A DNA stretch of 38,868 nt. Origin: a virus. The notes under the pieces are model-generated. The model was given only the letters and a program-made list of their open reading frames with translations. It made no database searches and was not told the DNA's origin. Of this stretch, positions 6,390 to 14,633 are shown piece by piece. The stretch lies in IMG/VR virus record IMGVR_UViG_3300045988_060923; one strand, 5' to 3'. Within the stretch, counting starts at the first letter, position 1. The number at the start of each line of letters is the position of its first letter. A program made the translations under genes and the position numbers.

Positions 6390-7563
6390 TGCTTACCCTC
6401 CTTTTCGCGTATTTCATCAGTTGCTCTATTCCATACTTCTTTTTGAAGTGATTGGAATCTGAATTTTTGAACCACCCATAATATGAAATGCAGCGGTACG
6501 CCAAATCTAGTGCTATTTCCATACGCCGCTGCACCTGTTTTCTCAATCTCAGATATGCCCGTCTTGCCCGGAGGAATATGCTCCGGCGGACTTCTGTGTG
6601 GTCCCTGTAAATTTTGTATCCCATCATATCAATGCAATCTCCGTGATGCTTTCCGTCTTTTCCGATATAGTCAACCTGGAACAGTTTCCAGTTCGGTTTT
6701 ATCTCCAGACCCAGCTCATCTCTGAAAAATCGGATCAGCATGAGCATGGCTTTTTTGACGTCTGCCTTTCGTGGTCCTAGGATCAGGATATCGTCCATAT
6801 AAAAGATAATTTTGTAGAACAGTCTTGTCCGTTTCTCCTGGCCACGTCTTTTCTGCACCTTAAAGAGCTTTTGCTGTGCATAGTGGTAGGCAAAACTGAG
6901 GTAGTAATTGCATAGCCACTGGCTCAAATATGAACCGATGGATAGCCCCTGCTTGTACGATGCAATCAATGTCTCCACTAAATAAAGCAGGTCATCATTT
7001 TTGACCTGCTTTCTCAGAAATCTCATGAGCTTTCTTGTGTTAATAGATGGATAACAGTGCCGCACATCCGCCTTGGCTCCTGCCCTCGTTTTGTCCGGAT
7101 TCTTCCGAATCCATCTCTCTATTGCATTCTTTCCGTATACCTGGCCACGGCCCGGCACACTAGCGCATTGATATTTTCCTATCTTTCTTTCAAATAATTC
7201 TTTCAGAGCATTGACAGCTACATAATTGTATATCTGCTGTTTTATGCTCTCCACGCCTATCTCCCTGAGCTTTCCGGAGTTTCCGTCATACCTCATGGAG
7301 TAGTGTATTTCCGGGAAATGAACATCACGCTCCTTGATTTCCCTTGCCAGATCTTCCGCTGCTCTTTCCAGCAACGGGTCCACATTGCTCCTTTTCTCCT
7401 GGATCAGTCTGCTCACAGCCCTGACGGACAGTGGTTGACCGGTTTGGTATCCGGCCAGGAACCCTGCCACATCACGCCGTTTCCATTTATCTGAAAAACA
7501 TTCCAGCATACAGGCCATGATCCAGTCTTTATCCAGTCGTATATTTTTACAGTATCGTTTCAA
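6337..7563 (-). CDS. DGR reverse transcriptase
   Basis: YMDD box (IIFYMDDILILG). Motif-4 LSIGSYLSQW fits the IGxxxSQ signature of DGR RTs. Other RT motifs are CASVPGRG and KADVRHCYPSI. It lies immediately downstream (minus strand) of the TR. Confidence 0.9.
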   Translation of the reverse strand: MKRYCKNIRLDKDWIMACMLECFSDKWKRRDVAGFLAGYQTGQPLSVRAVSRLIQEKRSNVDPLLERAAEDLAREIKERDVHFPEIHYSMRYDGNSGKLREIGVESIKQQIYNYVAVNALKELFERKIGKYQCASVPGRGQVYGKNAIERWIRKNPDKTRAGAKADVRHCYPSINTRKLMRFLRKQVKNDDLLYLVETLIASYKQGLSIGSYLSQWLCNYYLSFAYHYAQQKLFKVQKRRGQEKRTRLFYKIIFYMDDILILGPRKADVKKAMLMLIRFFRDELGLEIKPNWKLFQVDYIGKDGKHHGDCIDMMGYKIYRDHTEVRRSIFLRARRAYLRLRKQVQRRMEIALDLAYRCISYYGWFKNSDSNHFKKKYGIEQLMKYAKRRVSIESKIHNRTAGGQLAAA

Positions 7564-7779
7564 CTGTGAGTCCTCGTTTCTTGATACAGGAGTTTCCGGT
7601 TTTTCTACTCACTCCGCGTCATGGCCTACTGCACCATGCGCCCGTCCAGTCAGGCTCCTTGGCTCCCAGCTGGGCGGTGTGGCTTCAATCGTATTTTGGG
7701 GATATGCCCCACGCACCTGCTTTCCGGTGGCTCCGTTCCTACAGAGCGAAATGTAACGCTGAAATTCAAATAAATTTCA
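7564..7779 (-). ncRNA. TR-to-RT spacer, probable non-coding part of the DGR RNA
   Basis: 216 nt with no credible ORF, GC-rich relative to its flanks. It contains the palindrome CCCAGCTGGG (7665-7674) and a hairpin TGGGG-atatg-CCCCA (7697-7711). The position matches the spacer RNA of characterised DGRs. Confidence 0.45.
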
Positions 7780-7888
7780 AGAAAATCCAGAGACGATATT
7801 CCAGTTCGTGTTCGACCAGCCATTGTTCGCATTCAGAATCCAGAGGCCAGCATTCGCGCCATTGTTCAAATTGCCCAGCGCAAGCCAC
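7780..7888 (-). repeat. DGR template repeat (TR)
   Basis: 7787-7888 aligns without gaps to 7998-8099 (offset +211), 90/102 identical. All 12 mismatches are at + strand T, which is adenine on the minus (TR) strand. In frame, the TR carries 10 AAY codons. Confidence 0.9.
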
Positions 7889-7951
7889 AGAGGAAACCGC
7901 CCGTTTAGCGTTACAAGTCCGTTATTTATTTATAATGGGAAAGCCCCTCTG

Positions 7952-10261
7952 TCAGGCCGTTGCCTGCCATTCACCCCTGGTGCCGTTTGGAGAAACGCCA
8001 GAGACGATAAGCCAGTGCGTGCCCGACCAGCCAAGGTTCGCAAACAGAATCCAGAGGCCAGCATACGCGCCATTGTACAAACTGCCCAGCGCAAGCCACT
8101 CTCTCTGTCCAGATGTTCCTGCATCTGTATACAGTCCATCAGCAAATCCAGTGGTTGAGCCTCCGCCTACTTTCGTAGGAATCATGATTCCCAGGTTTGG
8201 GTCTGTTGTTTCTTCCGTGATATATTTCCAGGATGCTGCTGTATAGGCCACCTGTGCGATAGCCTTTTTATAATTTGCCCGCACCGTTGCAATGTTGCTG
8301 GACAGTGTGCTGGCATCCTCGCATACATAGACATCTCTTGCCGGATTCCCGTCCGCACCGGTAACAATATCCATGACCACATTTCCCAGAACCTCATAGG
8401 CTCCGATACAGGTCTCAATGCCCTGGATCTTGTATGGATCTTTTCCGTTGGTGTTGCTGTTCGGAGATCCATCCGAACCGGCCACCTCATCAGTTGCTCC
8501 GCTGTGCCATGGCATTGTTGTGATCCATGTGGTCAATGTCGTATCGAATGCCTCCGGAGCATCCACATATACTGCTGCATTGCTGTCATCCACGTCCTCA
8601 ATCTTTGTGACTTTGACGCTGTATGCTTTGTTGTGTATATAGGAAAAATACCGGTCTTTGTTTGTGTTTGAGCCAACGTCTCCGATGGAAACATATGAGC
8701 CGATCACATAACCAGCCGCCTGTGCCTTTGTTAGTACCACTCTCATCACTCCGGTTTCTTCTACCAGGTTCTGGTTCTGATTGCTGTATGAGGTACATCC
8801 GGCCATGATGCTCTGGCTGTGTGTAGTTGCATATTTAATAATCATCATGAGCTGTCTATAGAACAGATCCCAGCTTGTCGTGCCGCAATAGTGACCGCCC
8901 AGCTTGTGCATATAGGTTATCATTCCGGTGTAGCTGACCGGATTTCTCGCCTGTGTTGCCTGGCAGCCATTGGCCGGTGCCAGGCCTTTTGATGAATACG
9001 GCACTCCATCAATGTCTCCCGCCGCATACTTGGCATGGATCATGAATGGGCTGATTGTTCCGTCCGGATTGATAGATTCTTTCATCGGATACGGTGTCAG
9101 CTCTGTCTGGCTGTCAGAATAATGATATAGGACTGCCTCGGTAGTGTCCTCGATACCGAACCAGGCGCTCATTGTAACCTCTCCGACCTGCACCTTGCCG
9201 TACTTTGTAAATCCAATCTGGCCCTCCAGGGCATCTACATGGTTGAAACCATTCTCGTCTACAGAAAAATTGCAGGTAAAATGATGAAATAGGCCATACT
9301 GAGCATAATCATCTCTGCCCTCTGTTCTTCCCACAGATGGCTCCGCAACCATATTCTCATTGGCATTCATTTTCACGCCCACAGGGCTTGTGGATGTCTC
9401 CCATTTATAAATCTTTGTTGTGAATACCTTTCCGTTTCTCCTGAGTGCAAAATAATTGGAGAGTGCATTTTCAACGCCCCCTCCGTTCTGCTTAATCAGA
9501 TCAATCTGTGTCTGGCCAGCTGTTTCAATTTTCGTGACGCTGGCTGCTGTATTCTGTTTCAGATCTTTTGACGCCTGCTGTGCATTGTTCAGGTCAGTCT
9601 CCAGTCCTGTTTTGATCTGGTCAGCATTCTGGACCAGATTCTGCATGGTTGTGATGTTTTCTCCGGATGTTTTGATGCTTTTGTCCAGTTTTGTTTTGGC
9701 TTCTCCAGCCGCTGTCACATCTGCCTCCAGACTTCTTTCTGCCTGTCCTGCTGCCGTGATATCCGCCTCAAGGCTCTGCTTTGCTTTTCCTGCAGCTGTG
9801 GTATCCGCCTCCAGTGTCTTGGCCGCCGTGTTAGCCGCCGTGGTATCTGCCTCCAGTGTCTTGGCCGCCGTGTTGGCCGCCGTGATGTCTGCCTCCAATG
9901 TCTGCACCGTCTTTGTGGCTGCTGTGTTCTTTTCTCCCAGGCTCTTGTCCAGGGAGGTTGCTGTTGTGTTCTTCTTTTCCAGGTTTTCTGCCAGTGCAGT
10001 CCCTGTGTTCATTTTAGCCGCCAGGTCTTTCTGGACTTCCTTTGCCTGCTGTAAATTGCTGTTAAATGCCTGCTGTATCTGCTGGTTTTTTGTCACGTCT
10101 GCATTGATTGACTTTTGTGCCGCCTGGATGTCCGCCTTTGTCTGATTGTATGTATTATTCTCATCAGACACCTCATTGATTGCAGAAACAATCGCAGCTC
10201 TGACGTCCTTTCCTTTCTTGGCGCTGGCAATCTGTTCCGTGTACTTCCTTACGTTTGCCAT
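7952..10261 (-). CDS. Tail fibre / receptor-binding protein, DGR target (C-type-lectin-like variable C-terminus)
   Basis: 769 aa after Tal, with RBS AGGAGG. The N-terminal coiled coil has 14-aa repeats. The C-terminal GxW-rich VR has a pattern typical of CLec-fold DGR targets. Confidence 0.85.
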   Translation of the reverse strand: MANVRKYTEQIASAKKGKDVRAAIVSAINEVSDENNTYNQTKADIQAAQKSINADVTKNQQIQQAFNSNLQQAKEVQKDLAAKMNTGTALAENLEKKNTTATSLDKSLGEKNTAATKTVQTLEADITAANTAAKTLEADTTAANTAAKTLEADTTAAGKAKQSLEADITAAGQAERSLEADVTAAGEAKTKLDKSIKTSGENITTMQNLVQNADQIKTGLETDLNNAQQASKDLKQNTAASVTKIETAGQTQIDLIKQNGGGVENALSNYFALRRNGKVFTTKIYKWETSTSPVGVKMNANENMVAEPSVGRTEGRDDYAQYGLFHHFTCNFSVDENGFNHVDALEGQIGFTKYGKVQVGEVTMSAWFGIEDTTEAVLYHYSDSQTELTPYPMKESINPDGTISPFMIHAKYAAGDIDGVPYSSKGLAPANGCQATQARNPVSYTGMITYMHKLGGHYCGTTSWDLFYRQLMMIIKYATTHSQSIMAGCTSYSNQNQNLVEETGVMRVVLTKAQAAGYVIGSYVSIGDVGSNTNKDRYFSYIHNKAYSVKVTKIEDVDDSNAAVYVDAPEAFDTTLTTWITTMPWHSGATDEVAGSDGSPNSNTNGKDPYKIQGIETCIGAYEVLGNVVMDIVTGADGNPARDVYVCEDASTLSSNIATVRANYKKAIAQVAYTAASWKYITEETTDPNLGIMIPTKVGGGSTTGFADGLYTDAGTSGQREWLALGSLYNGAYAGLWILFANLGWSGTHWLIVSGVSPNGTRGEWQATA
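7991..8099 (-). repeat. DGR variable repeat (VR), 3' end of the fibre gene
   Basis: This is the counterpart of the TR. It encodes WLALGSLYNGAYAGLWILFANLGWSGTHWLIVSG, against TR-encoded WLALGNLNNGANAGLWILNANNGWSNTNWNIVSG. It ends 40 nt before the stop codon. Confidence 0.9.
9717..9926 (-). repeat. Five tandem 42-bp (14-aa) coding repeats in the fibre shaft
   Basis: Units start at 9717, 9759, 9801, 9843 and 9885. Units 9801-9842 and 9843-9884 differ at 2 nt. They encode (T/S)LEADxTAAxxAxx heptad-like repeats. Confidence 0.85.
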
Positions 10262-10263
10262 GT

Positions 10264-10461
10264 TTAACCTCCTAACTTCATCGTATGGGCTGTATCTTCC
10301 AGAGCTACCGTTTCCAGATCCTCCGGATGTCCTGGTCTCGCAAGTCTTTTTTCTTCCGGTGTCTCTTGCCAGATATCATATCCTTGGACGCAATACAGCG
10401 CCAACTCATACGGTCTTATCATTGTTGCTCTGTTGTTTTTCTTCGCTGAGAATGTCTGCAT
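10264..10461 (-). CDS. Hypothetical protein (65 aa)
   Basis: RBS GGAGGAG lies 6 nt before the ATG. Located between Tal and the fibre. Confidence 0.55.
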   Translation of the reverse strand: MQTFSAKKNNRATMIRPYELALYCVQGYDIWQETPEEKRLARPGHPEDLETVALEDTAHTMKLGG

Positions 10462-10762
10462 TTTTGTCTCCTCCCTTTATTCCAACTTTTTTCTTGAAAT
10501 CTTCGATATCATCCACCTCTGTTCCTGATTTTGGTTGCTGTTCTTCTGTGCCGGTCTGCTCCGTATTAGCTACCGCCAGATCAATCTGTGTTTTCATCAA
10601 TTCCTGGGCGTATTCTTCTGACTTCATCTGCCTCATGTGTGACTGGATTCTATCCAGCACCTTATCCATGAGACTCGGTGGAATTGCGTACTCCTGCATA
10701 TATGCCAGCACCTGTGCGTCCAGTTCTCCTGCTACATTATCCAAAATTGCTCCTACGTTCAT
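10406..10762 (-). CDS. Hypothetical acidic protein (118 aa)
   Basis: ORF following Tal, with no recognisable motif. Confidence 0.6.
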   Translation of the reverse strand: MNVGAILDNVAGELDAQVLAYMQEYAIPPSLMDKVLDRIQSHMRQMKSEEYAQELMKTQIDLAVANTEQTGTEEQQPKSGTEVDDIEDFKKKVGIKGGDKNADILSEEKQQSNNDKTV

Positions 10763-10772
10763 GATTCTCCTC

Positions 10773-13700
10773 CTATCCCATCAATAATCCATTTCTATAG
10801 GTTTCATCTGTCCACGACCATTCTATAGCTCCGTTTCCGATGTCTCTTATATTCGTGATTTTTCTGCGCGTTCCGGTGTAAGTCGTGTATACTGTTCCAG
10901 CGTTCCAGCTGGTAGCTGTACACAGCTTTCCTTTGATATCCACGCAAGTGTTTCCCATGATTCTCAACGTGTGTTCGTTGGTGTTGTTGTAAGCTCCGTT
11001 GAAATCAATGTATCCATAGGTCGAACCGCTGTATCCTCCAGTGATTTCTCCATAGCTCATTTTTATCCACCAGTCTCCATTTTTCGCCTCGAAACTTCCC
11101 TGACAACTTGCACCTTTCATGGTTACATATCCAGATGCCGTAAGCGTAAAGTTTGTGGAACTGATGCTGATTCTGTTCGACTTAATTGAAATAGAGCCAG
11201 ACTCTGCACTGATCTCTGAGGAAATTTTTCCTTTTGACACTCTCAGCTTGATAGCATCCGCATTGACCCGGATACTGCTTTTCAGTGTATCCTCTGCTTT
11301 TTTCGCTCTTGTGACTTCCGCCGTGATATCGTTGGCTGTCAGTTTCAACTGAGACTCAGTATAGGCCGCCGCATATCCCATGATTTCCACGTCTGTGATG
11401 TATACCGTTGTATTGGCCACGTTATTGTAGAAATATGTATAAAAATATGGCGGTGTTGCAACATTCTCAAATTCAAATGTTTTCCAGGATGTGCTCAAGT
11501 CTCCTGCATTTGTATAGTGTGACGTTCCATCTATTGTCACTCTGATTCTGGCTGTTTTCTCCTGCCCTGATGCACAGGCCGCTTTGAACCTTACTCTGAC
11601 TTTTCCCTTTTTGTCGAACGGTTTCTGATACCATCGTAGATAATAGGTGCTTGTCGTGTTCGTGATCTGAGCACATGATTTTCCGGAAAACGTGTTCTGT
11701 GTGACCTGTGTATTGTTAGACCGGTACCAGCCAGTGAACTTATCTTCGCTATCTGAAAAAGATCCGTTTGTGCAATAGTTATGACTGTTGCTCTCATACA
11801 TCTCAGATACCTGCTGAGTGATCTTTCCGGCCTCTACCGTGATTCTTGCGTCCACATCGTCAATCAGTTCTTTCACGTTTCTTAACACCCGGATATCCGT
11901 CAGATAGATCTGCTGTCCGGATGAGCCAGTAATAGAAAGATAAAAGGATCTTGTCCCGGCGCTTGTGTAGGTAACGGTTCTTTTCAGTGTGTACCATTTA
12001 TCACAGTTTACCGTTGACAGGTACTGTGAGATTGTATTTCCGGAAAAGCCAAAATAACAATAGCTCGGTTTCTTTCCAGTAGGCGTGTACACCTTAACCT
12101 CTATCTCATAGGTGCCTGCCGGCAATGTTCCCAGGTTCTGCTGGATTGATGCTGTGTTTCCGTCTGTTTTGGTCATCAGGATGGCGTTCATATTCCCGGC
12201 TGTGCTCTTTGCCACTGTGGCATTGGTCGATGCCGTGAACTTTGAAACGTCCAGACTCTGGTTGTCTCCGCCTTTGATATAATCATACCGGTTCGTGATG
12301 CTTTTCTGATCCGTAACCGCCAGCTGTATCTTGTCCTCCATCGACTTGATGCTAGTTGTGATAATTTCTTTCACAGCGGTTTCCCGCTTGTCTGTATAAT
12401 CATTGGCATTCTTTGTGGCCTGTGAGAATTTCCCCTCCAGTTCGGATTTATACTCAACCGTCAGCTTTTCTGAGCTGACAGAGTTGGCCGTGATCCGTTC
12501 GCCTATAATCTGGCCGTCCAGTGTCATTCCCACTGTGTACGGTCCTGCATATCCGTTGTGACTGCCTCCGATGCCCTCCTTGTTTATCTGCAGAATCTTT
12601 GTGGCCTTTTCTTTGCTCGGAGCGTCCATGTATAGCTCTCTGAGCCAGAGTCCATTTTCGTCAAATTCCTCCAGATGATATCCTCCGGCCGTTCCTGTCA
12701 TTTTTGCTGTCAGGTTATCAATGGCCGTCCGGATCTCCTGATTCTGGATTTTCCGGCGTTCCTCAGCCGTTGCTGTGACTCCGGAATAGATTCTGCTCTG
12801 CTGTTCTGTATAGGTCAGCTTTCTGTTCTCTCCCAGTGTCAGTGTTGCTCCGTCTGGTTTCTGCAGAGGAATCTGCATCTCCATGACCGGAAAAACTCTG
12901 TTCATTCCGTATGGCTTGGCTCTGCATTGAATCCGGTCTCCGCACTCAAAAGCATCATAGTCACTATCCATCATGGACAGGTCTACCGCCGTCAGTTCCA
13001 GTGTCAGATTCTCAAACTGGTTATCCTCCAGCCACTCTTTTCCTTTTCTGAGCAGGTTTGATGGCTCTGTTACGTCCTGCCAGGTGTTAGTTATCCACAC
13101 CCACCCAAAGTTTTCCACAGCACTCTGGTTATAAATGTAATTTGATCCACCATTTACGCTGGTAATATCCACATATTTCTCCAGGGCGTCAATCTCTGAC
13201 TCTCCCTCCAGACGTGCACCCAGCGGAATCAACGCTGTGGCAATGTTCTCCGCCGTTCTGCTCAGTGAGTAGTCCAGCATATTCAGCCCGAACTCAATCG
13301 GCTGGCTGCAATACTTTCCGTATTCTTCCAGCGTTATCCAGTCCAGATATAGCTTGTCATTCTCATGCCGGAGTTTCAAATATCCTCCCAGTTTCTCCAC
13401 CAGTTTCTCTCTGATCGCTTTCAGCGTGTTCTCAAAGTTGGTGTACCTGTATAAGGAATCGTTTGCATCTGTAATGGTCACTTTTCCCAGATAGATCTTT
13501 TTTCTATCCTCTACCTGGTTGTTGTGAATATCCAGAAACGTCTCCAGCATCTGCCGTGGTGTCATATCATGGTACTCAGCTTGTGGCTGTATGGAGTCCG
13601 CCAGGAAACTCATTGCGCCGGCGCAATAGACATTTTTGTTTCTGTAACGGTCTACTTTCGGCTGTTTCCGGACCTCTCCATAGAACAATTCTGTTGTATC

Positions 13701-13883
13701 CCGGAACACACTGACCATGCTGCTCCGGTTCTTGATCTTGTCATACAGTGGGTTGTTTGGCGGTACCGAAAACTCAAAGGTTCCCGCATATCCCGTCTGC
13801 AGGTTTAGCGTTGGATTGGTCAGTACCGCCTCTTTATCTCCTGGATAGTAGAGGGTCTGACCGTCCATTTTAACTTTATACAA
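10773..13883 (-). CDS. Tail-associated (Tal-like) minor structural protein / baseplate hub
   Basis: 1036 aa directly after Dit. The N-terminus (MDGQTLYYPGDKEAVLTNPTLNLQTGYAGTFEFSV...) resembles the siphovirus 'minor structural protein N-terminal region'. The C-terminal part is beta-rich. Confidence 0.75.
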   Translation of the reverse strand: MYKVKMDGQTLYYPGDKEAVLTNPTLNLQTGYAGTFEFSVPPNNPLYDKIKNRSSMVSVFRDTTELFYGEVRKQPKVDRYRNKNVYCAGAMSFLADSIQPQAEYHDMTPRQMLETFLDIHNNQVEDRKKIYLGKVTITDANDSLYRYTNFENTLKAIREKLVEKLGGYLKLRHENDKLYLDWITLEEYGKYCSQPIEFGLNMLDYSLSRTAENIATALIPLGARLEGESEIDALEKYVDITSVNGGSNYIYNQSAVENFGWVWITNTWQDVTEPSNLLRKGKEWLEDNQFENLTLELTAVDLSMMDSDYDAFECGDRIQCRAKPYGMNRVFPVMEMQIPLQKPDGATLTLGENRKLTYTEQQSRIYSGVTATAEERRKIQNQEIRTAIDNLTAKMTGTAGGYHLEEFDENGLWLRELYMDAPSKEKATKILQINKEGIGGSHNGYAGPYTVGMTLDGQIIGERITANSVSSEKLTVEYKSELEGKFSQATKNANDYTDKRETAVKEIITTSIKSMEDKIQLAVTDQKSITNRYDYIKGGDNQSLDVSKFTASTNATVAKSTAGNMNAILMTKTDGNTASIQQNLGTLPAGTYEIEVKVYTPTGKKPSYCYFGFSGNTISQYLSTVNCDKWYTLKRTVTYTSAGTRSFYLSITGSSGQQIYLTDIRVLRNVKELIDDVDARITVEAGKITQQVSEMYESNSHNYCTNGSFSDSEDKFTGWYRSNNTQVTQNTFSGKSCAQITNTTSTYYLRWYQKPFDKKGKVRVRFKAACASGQEKTARIRVTIDGTSHYTNAGDLSTSWKTFEFENVATPPYFYTYFYNNVANTTVYITDVEIMGYAAAYTESQLKLTANDITAEVTRAKKAEDTLKSSIRVNADAIKLRVSKGKISSEISAESGSISIKSNRISISSTNFTLTASGYVTMKGASCQGSFEAKNGDWWIKMSYGEITGGYSGSTYGYIDFNGAYNNTNEHTLRIMGNTCVDIKGKLCTATSWNAGTVYTTYTGTRRKITNIRDIGNGAIEWSWTDETYRNGLLMG

Positions 13884-14633
13884 TTACAGTGACCCCCTCC
13901 TGTACCGGATCGTGAGTGTGCCCGTTCCAGTGAAACTGAGCACCACGTCCTCTGTATTGACTGTGATATCCGCAAAACGGTTCTTTCCTTTCATCAGTGT
14001 GTAGGTTTCCCCATTTGCTGTCATTTTGAGTCCCGCTGGTCCCAGAACGCTCACGTATATTGTCGGAACGAACGGCATCTGATCCGGAACGATAGTGTAC
14101 GTCTTTGTCTCTCCGGTCCTTACCGTGATTTCTGTACCCTCGTCTATGATCCCAGTCTCAAAATCAAACGAATCCCACAACCAGTCCTCTGTAGAATCCG
14201 CCACATTGTACTTGTATGGGTCAGCTTTCGGAATGGCCAATGTGAATGTGCCTATCTCCCTATTTCTGTCGTATCCCTGGATAGATGCTCTGCCTGTCCA
14301 GTAGAACCTAGAGTCATTGTCGAAAATGACCTTGATTTCTCTGCCCTCTACAAGGTTTCTAAGATCTGAGATAAAAATATCCCAGTTGTCTCTTGGTTTC
14401 TTACCGCCCAGCTCGATGCTGATCGGACGGTTTTTGAATATGCGGCGGCCCGTGATGGCTTCTGAGAAATCCAGAAAGCCATCCGCTCCAGGCACGTCCA
14501 CATAATAGTTTTCCTGTTCCACATCTCCAATATAATCATTGTTTCCTATTGCCAGTCCCCAGTCATTCAGAGTGTGGAATCTTTCGCCGGTGGCCACGAT
14601 CTCAATCGTTGCTCCGTTTGTAATTGCGTCCAT
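13884..14633 (-). CDS. Distal tail protein (Dit)
   Basis: 249 aa immediately after the tape measure, start overlapping the TMP stop. Size and position are canonical for Dit. Confidence 0.7.
   Translation of the reverse strand: MDAITNGATIEIVATGERFHTLNDWGLAIGNNDYIGDVEQENYYVDVPGADGFLDFSEAITGRRIFKNRPISIELGGKKPRDNWDIFISDLRNLVEGREIKVIFDNDSRFYWTGRASIQGYDRNREIGTFTLAIPKADPYKYNVADSTEDWLWDSFDFETGIIDEGTEITVRTGETKTYTIVPDQMPFVPTIYVSVLGPAGLKMTANGETYTLMKGKNRFADITVNTEDVVLSFTGTGTLTIRYRRGSL

Noticed and set aside
6337-7563. The RT could be a retron, group II intron, Abi-type or CRISPR-associated RT.
   Set aside because: There is an adjacent TR/VR pair with exclusively adenine-site differences and an IGxxxSQ motif. 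There is no intron-like maturase or endonuclease extension, no msr/msd-like inverted repeats flanking it, and no cas genes. The DGR assignment fits best.
7566-8246. Long plus-strand ORF (226 aa) and companions (7808..8158 +, 7650..7832 -, 7930..8145 -) covering the TR/VR region.
   Set aside because: They have no RBS and low-complexity products. They exist only because the TR and VR are duplicated sequence read in wrong frames or antisense to the fibre gene. The TR/VR interpretation explains the region fully.
9717-9926. Regular 42-bp repeats that could be mistaken for a CRISPR array.
   Set aside because: The units are directly abutting with no spacers. They lie in frame within the fibre CDS and encode a heptad-like peptide repeat.
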